From positions 186,001 to 250,000 of IMG/VR virus record IMGVR_UViG_3300036770_004143: DNA of 64,000 bases; one strand, 5' to 3'. The notes beneath the pieces are model-generated. The model saw only the letters and a list, made by a program, of their open reading frames with translations. It did no database searches and had not been told where the DNA came from. Position 1 is the stretch's first letter; each line of letters starts with the position of its first letter. The position numbers and the translations under genes were made by a program. Positions 54,952 to 64,000 of the stretch are shown piece by piece.

Positions 54952-55638
54952 ATGAACATTAAAAAGAAAACTATAATCTGTAATTTATTTTCTGATTTTA
55001 TTCTTGAAAAGATTGGTCTGGATACCAACACTAAAATCCAGATTACTGATTGCTCAAACTTCTATACAATAAATGGTGATAGCAATAGTCTAATAGTCCT
55101 AAACATAAATGAAACTGTTGATGAATTTAATTCAAAATTTAAAACATTCCTGGGTGAAGACAAAATCTTAAGAACAATTGACTTAATTAACTATGGTGCA
55201 AAATTAACCCCCACTCAAAAACTAAAATATAAGTTCTATAACACAGAAAATTGCTTATACCCAAAAGATGAAATAAATGACACCATAAAATCCTATACAA
55301 CCACATCCACATTCCCCCACGGCTATTCTTTCCTCCAAGGTAGGAGTTTGTTATATAAACTTAAAAACATTGCTTACAACGTCTTTAAACTAGGTTATAT
55401 CAAATGGCTTGATATTGAAATGAATTGTAATGAGGTTGATGATGATATTATCAACATAAGCCACAATCTCTCCCCATTAAAACACGACTTTATTAAATCA
55501 GCAATACTAGATGTGTTTGATATTGAATCAATCACTAATATGGATATTAACAAATATGATATCTACAATGAATCACTAAAAATCACAAGAGAATCCCCAA
55601 AAATTAAAAAATTATATAAGGACTTTATTGTGATGTGA
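54952..55638 (+). CDS. Hypothetical protein
   Basis: Start moved to MNIKKK because the track 5' extension crosses a terminator. Confidence 0.6.
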   Translation: MNIKKKTIICNLFSDFILEKIGLDTNTKIQITDCSNFYTINGDSNSLIVLNINETVDEFNSKFKTFLGEDKILRTIDLINYGAKLTPTQKLKYKFYNTENCLYPKDEINDTIKSYTTTSTFPHGYSFLQGRSLLYKLKNIAYNVFKLGYIKWLDIEMNCNEVDDDIINISHNLSPLKHDFIKSAILDVFDIESITNMDINKYDIYNESLKITRESPKIKKLYKDFIVM

Positions 55639-55639
55639 T

Positions 55640-55670
55640 AAAAATGGGGGATTCAATATCCCCCATTTTT
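55640..55670. terminator. Bidirectional terminator
   Basis: aaaatggggga-ttcaata-tcccccattttt between convergent genes. Confidence 0.75.
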
Positions 55671-55671
55671 A

Positions 55672-55956
55672 TTATAGTATTGTTTTCTTTACCAAATCTA
55701 GGGCTTCAAATATTGTTTCATATTCTTTTGTTGGTGCAAAAAAATGTGTTTTTTCTTTTGGTGAATTTGCATCTGTAATTAACATAACTGATGGAACAAA
55801 TTCAGTTTTGGTTATCTTACTATACATATCATACTCCTCATGATATTTGTCAATATCTCGATCATGATAAGTGATATTCTCCTGTTCTAATAACTTCTTA
55901 AATTCTATACAATGGGAACATCCTTCCATTGTATAAATAACTAATTCATAATTCAT
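55672..55956 (-). CDS. Glutaredoxin-like protein
   Basis: YT..GCSHC and VP motifs. Confidence 0.85.
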   Translation of the reverse strand: MNYELVIYTMEGCSHCIEFKKLLEQENITYHDRDIDKYHEEYDMYSKITKTEFVPSVMLITDANSPKEKTHFFAPTKEYETIFEALDLVKKTIL

Positions 55957-56237
55957 AACTTTTTATTTAAACTATTTATGTAAAATTTAACCTCATCCAA
56001 TTGTGATGGTTTGAAGTAAATTGTTACAATATATTTATCATCAAAACAATTTATTAAATGAATAATAAATCCATTTTTTGTTAAATAAACAATTTCTGTT
56101 GGAATATCAATTAGTTTTTCAGTTGCACTAATATATAATATATCACCACTAAAACTATTTCTTTTGTGTTGGCTGCTTAATTCTATTTTGGATAAATCAT
56201 AAGCCAACTTTTCTTTAAATTTTTTTAAAAATTCCAT
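55953..56237 (-). CDS. Hypothetical protein
   Basis: ORF. Confidence 0.55.
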   Translation of the reverse strand: MEFLKKFKEKLAYDLSKIELSSQHKRNSFSGDILYISATEKLIDIPTEIVYLTKNGFIIHLINCFDDKYIVTIYFKPSQLDEVKFYINSLNKKL

Positions 56238-56293
56238 AATAATTTTTTAAATTAAAAACCCCCCCACCTCAATTAAGAAGTAGGGGGTTATTA

Positions 56294-57046
56294 TTACACC
56301 ACTAAGTACTCTTCAGCAATTTCCCATAGTTGGGTGTTTAACTTGTTGTCATTGATGAAATTGACAATTGGTTTTGACCTTCTATTGGTGTTCTGGAACT
56401 TAACCCCACCTTTAATTACTTTCTCTTGAAGCACATTGAAGATTGTCCAGAGGTCATTTGACTTATCTTCCTCTCTGTAAGGTCTTAATACTTGCTCAAA
56501 ATCTACCTTATTGGCAGCCTTGTCAAAACGAATGTCAATGGCTCTTTGTGCAAACTCTTCAATCTCTCTCTGACCCAATACTCTCTCCTGCATCTCACCC
56601 ATTCTATTAAAGATTACTGGGATTTTTGAGAAGAAATCATTTGTCATCACCTCTGTGAAGTCTGTGCTTAAATCCACATGTTTCATGGAAATTGTATTAG
56701 CCACTGATGTTGGAACTACCAACCCATTAGAACACACTAGTCTATAAATTCCCATTGAAATGTCCATTTTAGATGTCCCATTGTGGGAATTGTTGAACAT
56801 AATCTGTGGAAGAACATCACCCACATTATGAAAATCATTGTGTCTTAAAATGACTTGGTGTGCAGAGTATTGGGAGTCCCCAACTTGCTTTGCAGAGTTT
56901 ATCTGCCAACCACTACCTACCAAGTTCTCCAAGATTGCTCTTGAATTGGCAAAGTTGTATCTATTAGACATTTTAGGATCTGGACCTTCTGCAAAGATGG
57001 CTGGAACTGATGTCTTTAATACTTCAAGATTTAGTGATGTGTTCAT
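56294..57046 (-). CDS. DUF932/DUF945-family protein
   Basis: NSHNGTS, GIYRLVCSNGL and LWTIFNVLQE motifs; start moved to MNTSLN. Confidence 0.85.
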   Translation of the reverse strand: MNTSLNLEVLKTSVPAIFAEGPDPKMSNRYNFANSRAILENLVGSGWQINSAKQVGDSQYSAHQVILRHNDFHNVGDVLPQIMFNNSHNGTSKMDISMGIYRLVCSNGLVVPTSVANTISMKHVDLSTDFTEVMTNDFFSKIPVIFNRMGEMQERVLGQREIEEFAQRAIDIRFDKAANKVDFEQVLRPYREEDKSNDLWTIFNVLQEKVIKGGVKFQNTNRRSKPIVNFINDNKLNTQLWEIAEEYLVV

Positions 57047-57115
57047 ATTTTTTGTTTTTTCTTTTTGGTTAATTTGATGTTGCAAAGATATATGGTTCCA
57101 AATTAATTTCCAAAT

Positions 57116-57391
57116 CTAATTCAAATTTATTTTTCCCAAAGGTCCATCAAAATATTTGACACTAGAATAAGGTTCATGCCCCTTATTAACCAAAACACAA
57201 ATATCAATAATTTGTTGCTTGGTTAACACATAATCTTCACCTTTATCAAAATTAAAGTAACTAAATTTACGCAGTTTATCAAAAAATAATTGTTTTTTAT
57301 CCAACTTAACCAATTTCTTTAACTCCTCCTCATTCTTCTCAAAAAAAGAAATAACCTCGGATAAATAAATCTCAACATTAACATTTGTCAT
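57116..57391 (-). CDS. Hypothetical protein
   Basis: ORF. Confidence 0.55.
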   Translation of the reverse strand: MTNVNVEIYLSEVISFFEKNEEELKKLVKLDKKQLFFDKLRKFSYFNFDKGEDYVLTKQQIIDICVLVNKGHEPYSSVKYFDGPLGKINLN

Positions 57392-57580
57392 AGAAAGTAT
57401 TTTAAATTCACAATTTCATAATTATACATATTATTAAAAGAAAAAAAACAATGCTAAATCTAAAAAAATGTGATAATTGTAAATCAAAGAAACTTTCCTA
57501 TGAAACACCCATCACAATATTAAGCCTATATCTACTAGGATCTGGCATATATGTTGCCATATTGCTAATAAAACATCTTA

Positions 57581-58477
57581 TCACTCTCTTTTAAACTTAA
57601 CCTCTAACTTAACATAGAAGTCACCCCCAGGATAACCCTTATCCTTAATTCTTAATGGTTTGCTTGTATCAAACACATCTAATGCCCTTATTGATAAATC
57701 TCCATTAGGGTGGGGTACAATATACTTATCATCACATATCTGACTATCATTAAGGAAATGAGTATAAACCAAATCATTCCCCACTTTTGAGAATCCATCA
57801 GAATCAATAACTTCAATTCTTAAAACCAAATCCCCAAAATCATATTTATCAAAATCTCCCAATTTATGCATCTTTAGAAATTGGCCATTATCTGCAGTTC
57901 TTGGAACTTCTATTGTAACTTGATTCATTTCACTCTTAACCCCAATTCCATTACATTTATAACACTTATCAATAATCATCTGTCCTGTTCCTGTACAAGT
58001 AGGGCAAGTAGTCTGCACCTGTTGAACAAAAAAACCTGAACCAAACCTATTTATGATAAAACCCCCACCATTACAAGTTTCACAAGTCTTTTTAGTTCCA
58101 CATGATCCTTTACATTCATCACAAGGAATATTTCTGTTGTAAACAATATCTTTTACTGCACCCTTATATATCTCAATTGGATTTAATTTTAAAGATATTA
58201 CCTTATCTGGGGGTCTATGTTGCCTATTTGACTGATTAAAGAAGTTAGCAAATATATCATTCATATTATGTCCACCTTTCCTCTCCATATCATACTGTCT
58301 CCGTTTATTTGCATCAGATAATATATCATAAGCCTCACTGATATCTTTAAACTTATCACCACCACTTGGATTTATGTCTGGATGATATTTCTTGGAAAGT
58401 TCTCTATATTTTTTTTTTAACACATCTTCTGTGAAATTCTCTTCAATTTCTAAAATTTTGTAATAATCTTTTAACAT
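57581..58477 (-). CDS. dnaJ: DnaJ chaperone (J domain, zinc finger, C-terminal domain)
   Basis: DYYKIL..HPD..AY.ILSD; four CxxCxGxG-type repeats; GDL.L. Confidence 0.9.
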   Translation of the reverse strand: MLKDYYKILEIEENFTEDVLKKKYRELSKKYHPDINPSGGDKFKDISEAYDILSDANKRRQYDMERKGGHNMNDIFANFFNQSNRQHRPPDKVISLKLNPIEIYKGAVKDIVYNRNIPCDECKGSCGTKKTCETCNGGGFIINRFGSGFFVQQVQTTCPTCTGTGQMIIDKCYKCNGIGVKSEMNQVTIEVPRTADNGQFLKMHKLGDFDKYDFGDLVLRIEVIDSDGFSKVGNDLVYTHFLNDSQICDDKYIVPHPNGDLSIRALDVFDTSKPLRIKDKGYPGGDFYVKLEVKFKRE

Positions 58478-58478
58478 T

Positions 58479-59135
58479 ATGAATTATTTTATTGTTCTAT
58501 TTAAAAATAAGCAAAAAAAACGAATTATCAAGAAATTCATCACTAAGAAAAAAGCATTAATAGCTTATAACAAAATGATGGATAAATCAAATAAAGTTTT
58601 TTTTGAAAAGAAGGTTCAAAATGCTGAAATATGTAGTTTTGAATTAGGGTTAATATCTTCCATCAGGGAATTAGACATTCCAATGTACCTTAAAGATGAG
58701 TTGGGTAGGAATCAAAGAGTATTCATCAATAATGAAAATGATTTATTCTTTGTTGCTATAAATATGTATAAGGTTGAAGAAACCATATTTGATATTCAAC
58801 AGAATAAAAAGATAACCATAAATGAATTTGACAAAAAGTATTTATCTGTCCCGGGGCTTAAAGTAATTTGCATTTTAAATCATAAAATTGTAGTACAAAA
58901 TGATGATAAATTCTACTTGTTTTCCTTGAAAGATGAAGATGAGGCTTTAAGATTCCTGGATAGTTTATCTGTCTATTTAACTGAAACAAATAACTTATCT
59001 TGTATGGTTCTTAAAAGCACAAGTTTGTCCCAAAAGAAATATATGTATGATTTACTAGTTAGTCATGGCTTTGACCCAGCATTACTATATAGAAAATTTA
59101 CAACTCAACCTCCTCGGAAACAAAATGGAAATTAA
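58479..59135 (+). CDS. Hypothetical protein
   Basis: ORF; start overlaps the divergent dnaJ start. Confidence 0.6.
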   Translation: MNYFIVLFKNKQKKRIIKKFITKKKALIAYNKMMDKSNKVFFEKKVQNAEICSFELGLISSIRELDIPMYLKDELGRNQRVFINNENDLFFVAINMYKVEETIFDIQQNKKITINEFDKKYLSVPGLKVICILNHKIVVQNDDKFYLFSLKDEDEALRFLDSLSVYLTETNNLSCMVLKSTSLSQKKYMYDLLVSHGFDPALLYRKFTTQPPRKQNGN

Positions 59136-59322
59136 TTCCAGATATATCAACAGTAATTCTACCATTATCACTCAAAAATATTTTATCAGATTTTGTATTT
59201 AATTTTCTAAAAAGGTCATCAAATTCTTTTTTACCTAATTCAAAAGCAACAAGTATTTTTGAATTAGGTGCAAATTGTTCTAATGCTTCAGTTATTAAAG
59301 CCAACTTCTCTACTTCCCCCAT
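59098..59322 (-). CDS. Hypothetical protein
   Basis: ORF. Confidence 0.55.
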   Translation of the reverse strand: MGEVEKLALITEALEQFAPNSKILVAFELGKKEFDDLFRKLNTKSDKIFLSDNGRITVDISGINFHFVSEEVEL

Positions 59323-59495
59323 AATAATAGTTTTAATTTAGCAAAAAATCCCAGTTTATTATTCTTGGGTTTAACTATGTCTTCCTTTTTTATTTTCTTT
59401 AAATCATTGATGAACTTCATCTTCTGATGCTCCAACTCCTGGTAATCCCTGTTTCTTTCTGCTTCTAGGATTTTCAACATTTTCTCCTTTTCCAT
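59310..59495 (-). CDS. Hypothetical protein
   Basis: ORF. Confidence 0.55.
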   Translation of the reverse strand: MEKEKMLKILEAERNRDYQELEHQKMKFINDLKKIKKEDIVKPKNNKLGFFAKLKLLLWGK

Positions 59496-59877
59496 TTTTT
59501 AATTCATTTTTTGGAAGTAAAAATTCTAATTTGCTTAAATCATCAAGTTTATTTTGATTGAAAAGAACTTTTAATATATCAATATTCTTGTTAAGTAAAA
59601 TGCTCTTCTGTTCAATCTCTTTATTGTCTCTGATTATTTTAAATATTTTTTCAATACCAATATTAAACTTTTCCTCATCAGCCTCAATAACAAAAGTTAT
59701 TCCAGTGCTATCTGCATCATTCTTAATGGCAAATGTCACAACAAACTTATCTTTCATATATGCTTGGGGAATTAACCAAGTCTTGGGAAAAACCAAATCA
59801 ATGAATACAAATTTATCTGCAACCCTAATAGAGGATAAATATGAATCAAATTCTTGTATATTTTTAAATAAACTCAT
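59404..59877 (-). CDS. Hypothetical protein
   Basis: ORF; C-terminus overlaps the next gene by about 90 nt. Confidence 0.55.
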   Translation of the reverse strand: MSLFKNIQEFDSYLSSIRVADKFVFIDLVFPKTWLIPQAYMKDKFVVTFAIKNDADSTGITFVIEADEEKFNIGIEKIFKIIRDNKEIEQKSILLNKNIDILKVLFNQNKLDDLSKLEFLLPKNELKNGKGENVENPRSRKKQGLPGVGASEDEVHQ

Positions 59878-59880
59878 TTT

Positions 59881-60075
59881 TTATGAAAATTTAATAAAAG
59901 TTATTATAAAACTTAAAGCAATACCAAAATATATTTTCTCATATGTTGTAAGTTTATTTTTTTCAATATAAGAGGCATCACCAAAAAGTAAAAGTACTAT
60001 TCTAGTAGTAAAACTAATCACTACCAGAATAGAAAATATAAACAAAAAATAGAATATTGGCAAATAATTATTCAC
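59881..60075 (-). CDS. Small membrane protein (2 TM)
   Basis: Hydrophobic segments. Confidence 0.55.
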   Translation of the reverse strand: MNNYLPIFYFLFIFSILVVISFTTRIVLLLFGDASYIEKNKLTTYEKIYFGIALSFIITFIKFS

Positions 60076-60256
60076 TTTCTTTAGTTGTTTTTCTCTGTTT
60101 AACTATATCAAGTCTGCTCTCCTGTAAAAGTGCCTTTATTTCTTGTGCTGTTTTTCTTGCCCTTGTCCCTGCACTTTTATTCCCCTTGCGATAGAATCTA
60201 TCAGCATCAGAATAAAACAAATCCATTAATTGTTTGATTTTTTGAATCGTTTCCAT
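60068..60256 (-). CDS. Histone H1-like (Hc1-type) protein
   Basis: FY.KGNKSAGTRARK..Q.IK..Q..R motif. Confidence 0.75.
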   Translation of the reverse strand: METIQKIKQLMDLFYSDADRFYRKGNKSAGTRARKTAQEIKALLQESRLDIVKQRKTTKESE

Positions 60257-60268
60257 TTTATTTAAATT

Positions 60269-60736
60269 TTATTTTATTACTAAATTTTTATCAAGTAGTT
60301 TATATATCTCTGTTAATATCTGCAAATCAGCTTTACTATATGTCCCTTCAATATCAAACAATTCTTTTATGAATGATTTTATTGCCAAGTGATTTATACC
60401 ATCAACTCTATTATAGAATATATCAAAATAGAAAATCTTCAAATACTTGTAATGATCACCATCTTCATTTAAAATGATATTTTCTTTTTTAAAAGAATCA
60501 ATAGTTTTTACCCAACACCAGTTAAAATGTTTCTCTTTATCATCATCAGAATAATCAATTGCTAATGTGTTATTCTCACTATCCCCCAAATATGTTTTTA
60601 TTATTGTGTTGTTTAATGAAACTAACACATCAGAAAATAAATCAACTTTCTCCCTATTAATATTATTCATATTAAAATAGGTTTCCAGTTCATCCTTTGG
60701 TATTGGCACAGCCAACCATTTAAAAAAATTCTCCAT
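60269..60736 (-). CDS. Hypothetical protein
   Basis: ORF. Confidence 0.6.
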   Translation of the reverse strand: MENFFKWLAVPIPKDELETYFNMNNINREKVDLFSDVLVSLNNTIIKTYLGDSENNTLAIDYSDDDKEKHFNWCWVKTIDSFKKENIILNEDGDHYKYLKIFYFDIFYNRVDGINHLAIKSFIKELFDIEGTYSKADLQILTEIYKLLDKNLVIK

Positions 60737-60806
60737 AAACTAACATCTATGGAGAATTTTAACACAAAAAAAATATAATTGTATATATTATGTTACAAAC
60801 TTTAAA

Positions 60807-61859
60807 TTACTGTGTGATTTTATTATAGTTAATCAACTTCTTCATTTTATTAAACTCTTCACTTAAAACTACATCATTATTTTCAATAGACTCACCCTTC
60901 ATTTTCTTAATGAAATCAGGTCTTTTATCACCATTCTGAACAATATGAACATCTTGTGATTTTTCATAAGCCCTCTTCTTTTCTGAACCATAAAAATTAT
61001 TCTTTCTTTTTGTATTCATTTTCTTATTAATATCTGTTTCAACAGCATTTGCCCACTTGGGATTATTCCCAGTCCTTGAACTTCCCTCAATATTATCTTT
61101 CATCCATTCTTCATTAGGATCCACCTCATCATACATTAAGTTCTCCATTCCTGGTCCACGACCCAAATTTTCAACATACTCTTCTTCTGCACCATCCATA
61201 CGGTAACCAACAATATCAGACTTCTTTAATTGCATATTTGATTGGGGGAAAGAATCTGGGTTCTCAACATACTTACCATTTGAGCCATATTTGATATATT
61301 CCTTCATCTTCTTACCAACATCTTTCATGTTGTCATCATTCTCCTTTTTTGACCTCTTTAATAGAGTTTCAACATTAGTTAGACTTTTTGGTTTTTTTGT
61401 AAATGTATCTCCATCCGCTTCATTAACTATATTTCTAATAAATGAAACCAATCCTTCTTCTGTCATCTTAACAGTTTTATCCCTTAATGTAATATCACCT
61501 GTTTCATTAATGATGTCTTCAATAAATGAAATAAGACTTTCTTCAGTCATCTTAACATTTTTCTTACCTTTCTTCAATAGTTTGAAATCTTCAGAATCAA
61601 TCTTGCCATTCTTATTCTTATCAATCTTATGTTGCTTACCAACCAATTTTTCCTTAACTTCTTTCTTACCTTTCTTCAATAGTTTGAAATCTTCAGAATC
61701 AATTTTACCATTTTTGTTCTTGTCAATCTTATGTTGTTTACCAACCAATTTCTCATCTATATTTTTCTTCACTTTCTTCTCAAATAACAAGTTTGACCTT
61801 TTACTAAATTCCTCATTCAATACCTTGTTAACAATTGAATCAATATTATTTTTATTCAT
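60807..61859 (-). CDS. Probable virion/prohead-associated protein with two 34-aa repeats
   Basis: EKLVGKQHKIDKNKNGKIDSEDFKLLKKGKK twice (period 102 nt, 61561 and 61663); VLNE leader. Confidence 0.55.
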   Translation of the reverse strand: MNKNNIDSIVNKVLNEEFSKRSNLLFEKKVKKNIDEKLVGKQHKIDKNKNGKIDSEDFKLLKKGKKEVKEKLVGKQHKIDKNKNGKIDSEDFKLLKKGKKNVKMTEESLISFIEDIINETGDITLRDKTVKMTEEGLVSFIRNIVNEADGDTFTKKPKSLTNVETLLKRSKKENDDNMKDVGKKMKEYIKYGSNGKYVENPDSFPQSNMQLKKSDIVGYRMDGAEEEYVENLGRGPGMENLMYDEVDPNEEWMKDNIEGSSRTGNNPKWANAVETDINKKMNTKRKNNFYGSEKKRAYEKSQDVHIVQNGDKRPDFIKKMKGESIENNDVVLSEEFNKMKKLINYNKITQ

Positions 61860-61883
61860 AATAACTTTTTTATATAAATAGTA

Positions 61884-63263
61884 TCATTTATTATTTCTGA
61901 TAATTCTTTTTACATCAGATTTGCTAATATTCCAATTTTTAGCAACATTTTCCACAATTTTATCAAATCTCAAAGGAGAATTAACCGCCTCCTCAATACC
62001 CCCAATGTCAATTGTTCCAAATCCTTTTAATTTATCAAATGCTGGATTTTGCTCAATAGGGTCTTTCTTTGCTTGTTTCATAACACCCCAGGTAGATGGC
62101 TTCATTTTCATATGATTAATAACCAAATATTCAATAACATCAACATTTGCCCCCTCAAATGATTCAATCCAATCAGCATATTGTTTCACATATTCAGCAG
62201 ATTTTGCATCATGACCATATGCTGTTGGTTCATTTGTTTTTGGGTTAATAGCATAAGTATCCATCTTACCCAAATCATGAAATAAAGCAGCCATAATCAT
62301 ATTTGGATCATCCCCATATTTGTTATATGCTCTCCTTAATACCAAAATTATATGTTTTAATGAGTTACCCTCTGGATGCCATTTACTTGTTTGTTTTGCA
62401 CCCCATTGGTCAAAAAGTAACTTCTTTAAATCTTGTGGTAATGACCTAATAAGGTCTTGTGCTGTGCCTGGAATTTCTCTCTTGTTCATATTTTGTTCAG
62501 TTAATTTTAACGCACCAATATCCCCCTGGTTACAGTAGGGGAATTTTAAACACTTCTTCTTTACTTGCACAAATTGCCCTCCTGGTATTTGTGTTTTACT
62601 CTTCCCTCTCCAATCTTTTTTCTTCATAGATTTCGCCCACATCCCTGGAACTTCATACGACCCTGTGGATGAAGTTGTAGTTGCTTCCTTGGCTTCCACC
62701 TTCCCTTCATTAAATATAGGCTTAAAATTAACTTCTGTCCACTTATTCTCCTTTATTGGAACACAATTTGGAACCATTTTTCCATTCTTCATTTTTCCAC
62801 CAACTCTCCTATATCCTTTCCAACACGCTTCACTCATATTCTCAAGGTTGGGGAATAATGGTGCAACATAACCACCAGATGAACCTGAACCAGTTGCTTC
62901 CTTAGTTTCCATCTTTGTTAATTTAACATAATATTTAGGATCCTCTAAAAGATGGTCTTTTGCAATCTGTATAGCAATTTTAATACTACTAGTATGTTCT
63001 TTCTCAATTTTAGCACCTTTGTTTAGTTGTTTTTCCAAGAAAGCAATATAATCCATTGAATCTTGTGTTTTATTGTGTTTTCTTTCAATATCTACTAAAG
63101 ATATATCTCTTTTTTTTAAATCCATTTTATCATCTTCTTTAATTTCTCCATCATTAACCATCCTAATATACTTGAATTGTTCTGGATATGACTTAGAACT
63201 TTTTGAGAATTCATTAGCAATGGTATTTGCAAAAAGTTTATTTGAATCTTCCATATTATGCAT
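61884..63263 (-). CDS. Modular protein: DUF5661-like, CWKGY..VPNCV, and HD domain
   Basis: EKEHT..IAKDHL.EDP.YY.KL; EACWKGY..VPNCVP; WHPEG..H..ALFHDLGK. Confidence 0.6.
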   Translation of the reverse strand: MHNMEDSNKLFANTIANEFSKSSKSYPEQFKYIRMVNDGEIKEDDKMDLKKRDISLVDIERKHNKTQDSMDYIAFLEKQLNKGAKIEKEHTSSIKIAIQIAKDHLLEDPKYYVKLTKMETKEATGSGSSGGYVAPLFPNLENMSEACWKGYRRVGGKMKNGKMVPNCVPIKENKWTEVNFKPIFNEGKVEAKEATTTSSTGSYEVPGMWAKSMKKKDWRGKSKTQIPGGQFVQVKKKCLKFPYCNQGDIGALKLTEQNMNKREIPGTAQDLIRSLPQDLKKLLFDQWGAKQTSKWHPEGNSLKHIILVLRRAYNKYGDDPNMIMAALFHDLGKMDTYAINPKTNEPTAYGHDAKSAEYVKQYADWIESFEGANVDVIEYLVINHMKMKPSTWGVMKQAKKDPIEQNPAFDKLKGFGTIDIGGIEEAVNSPLRFDKIVENVAKNWNISKSDVKRIIRNNK

Positions 63264-63501
63264 TTTTTAATTTTGGTTCCCAATAACTCCTATTCTGCCA
63301 CATAAACTGATAAAATTCCCTAAACATTTTAACTGTTATGTCTTTAACCTCTCCCTCAAATTTACCTCTCCTAAACTCTTTCTGTAACTTTTCAATGAGT
63401 TTATTTTCATACTGGGATAGTGTACTACTTTCAAAGAAGTCTTTAATTTCCTTTCTTGTTATAGTTTCAATCTCCTTTTTTTCAGATTGTGTTAGTGCCA
63501 T
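63256..63501 (-). CDS. Hypothetical protein
   Basis: ORF. Confidence 0.6.
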   Translation of the reverse strand: MALTQSEKKEIETITRKEIKDFFESSTLSQYENKLIEKLQKEFRRGKFEGEVKDITVKMFREFYQFMWQNRSYWEPKLKNA

Positions 63502-63914
63502 TACTTAAAAATTATAGAATATGTAAACCCAAATACGGATAACCCTACTAGGATTTGATTTATAGTGTTTTTCACTTTTTGCTTTTTTAATAAATTATTA
63601 TTATTTATGTAACTTTCATTAAGTATGTCATACTTCTCATTTTGAATTTTGATAATTTCTTTATATTTCTCTTCTTTTTCAATATATGAGAATAATAATG
63701 AATCCTTCAAAAATAATTTCTTTTCATTTTGAATAGCTATGTGATTAACAATCAATAACTCATTCTTCACAGAATCATAACGAACCAAATCTTTTGCTAT
63801 TTCCCTAACAATGGCTATTGGAAATGTTTTAGTTTGGATTGAAACTGTATCTACTTGTGAAAAAACTATCAATGGCAGCCATATTAAAAGTATCAATGGA
63901 TATAACCTTTTCAT
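63501..63914 (-). CDS. Signal-peptide, coiled-coil and C-terminal TM protein
   Basis: Hydrophobic termini with a coiled-coil core. Confidence 0.55.
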   Translation of the reverse strand: MKRLYPLILLIWLPLIVFSQVDTVSIQTKTFPIAIVREIAKDLVRYDSVKNELLIVNHIAIQNEKKLFLKDSLLFSYIEKEEKYKEIIKIQNEKYDILNESYINNNNLLKKQKVKNTINQILVGLSVFGFTYSIIFK

Positions 63915-64000
63915 AATAAAATCTTCTAACTATCTCTTTTTTGCTATTTATATCTTTTATATTCTTATCAATTTCATTAATCTCTAAAAAATATTTATCA

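Noticed and set aside
54952-55638. SAM synthetase
   Set aside because: Only a faint N-terminal resemblance; the catalytic motifs were not found
1-64000. Genome-wide stop-codon reassignment (TGA or TAG)
   Set aside because: Genes read through intact in code 11 and often end in TGA (ATGA overlaps) or TAG; no suppressor tRNA was found

Overview
The window is very AT-rich and gene-dense, coded mostly on the minus strand in the standard code. It most likely comes from a large (jumbo-type) phage of a Bacteroidota host. Evidence for that call: TAnnTTTG promoter motifs, a second TATTTAT promoter-like motif, tRNA clusters, GIY-YIG/HNH endonucleases, two DNA methyltransferases, RNA ligase, DUF932, DUF3310, DnaJ and an Hc1-like gene, with no ribosomal or core cellular genes. 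No capsid or terminase gene is present, so the phage call is an inference. Highlights: (1) A DHH-phosphoesterase gene carries a 9-nt in-frame insert with a TGA stop inside its first catalytic motif (HQD-L*G-LDG). The insert is flanked by RNA hairpins and lies directly downstream of a homing-endonuclease-like gene, resembling the T4 mobA/gene 60 ribosomal-bypass cassette. (2) Eight tRNA-like RNAs keep an acceptor stem and T arm (six also a D arm) but have variable inserts where the anticodon arm should be. (3) There are 13 paralogous LRR-like genes with shuffled repeat modules. (4) About 36 paralogous 50-80 aa 'MKNI' microproteins form two tandem arrays. (5) Several unassigned structured RNAs lie in and near the tRNA clusters. 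All family names come from motif recognition by eye, not from database searches.
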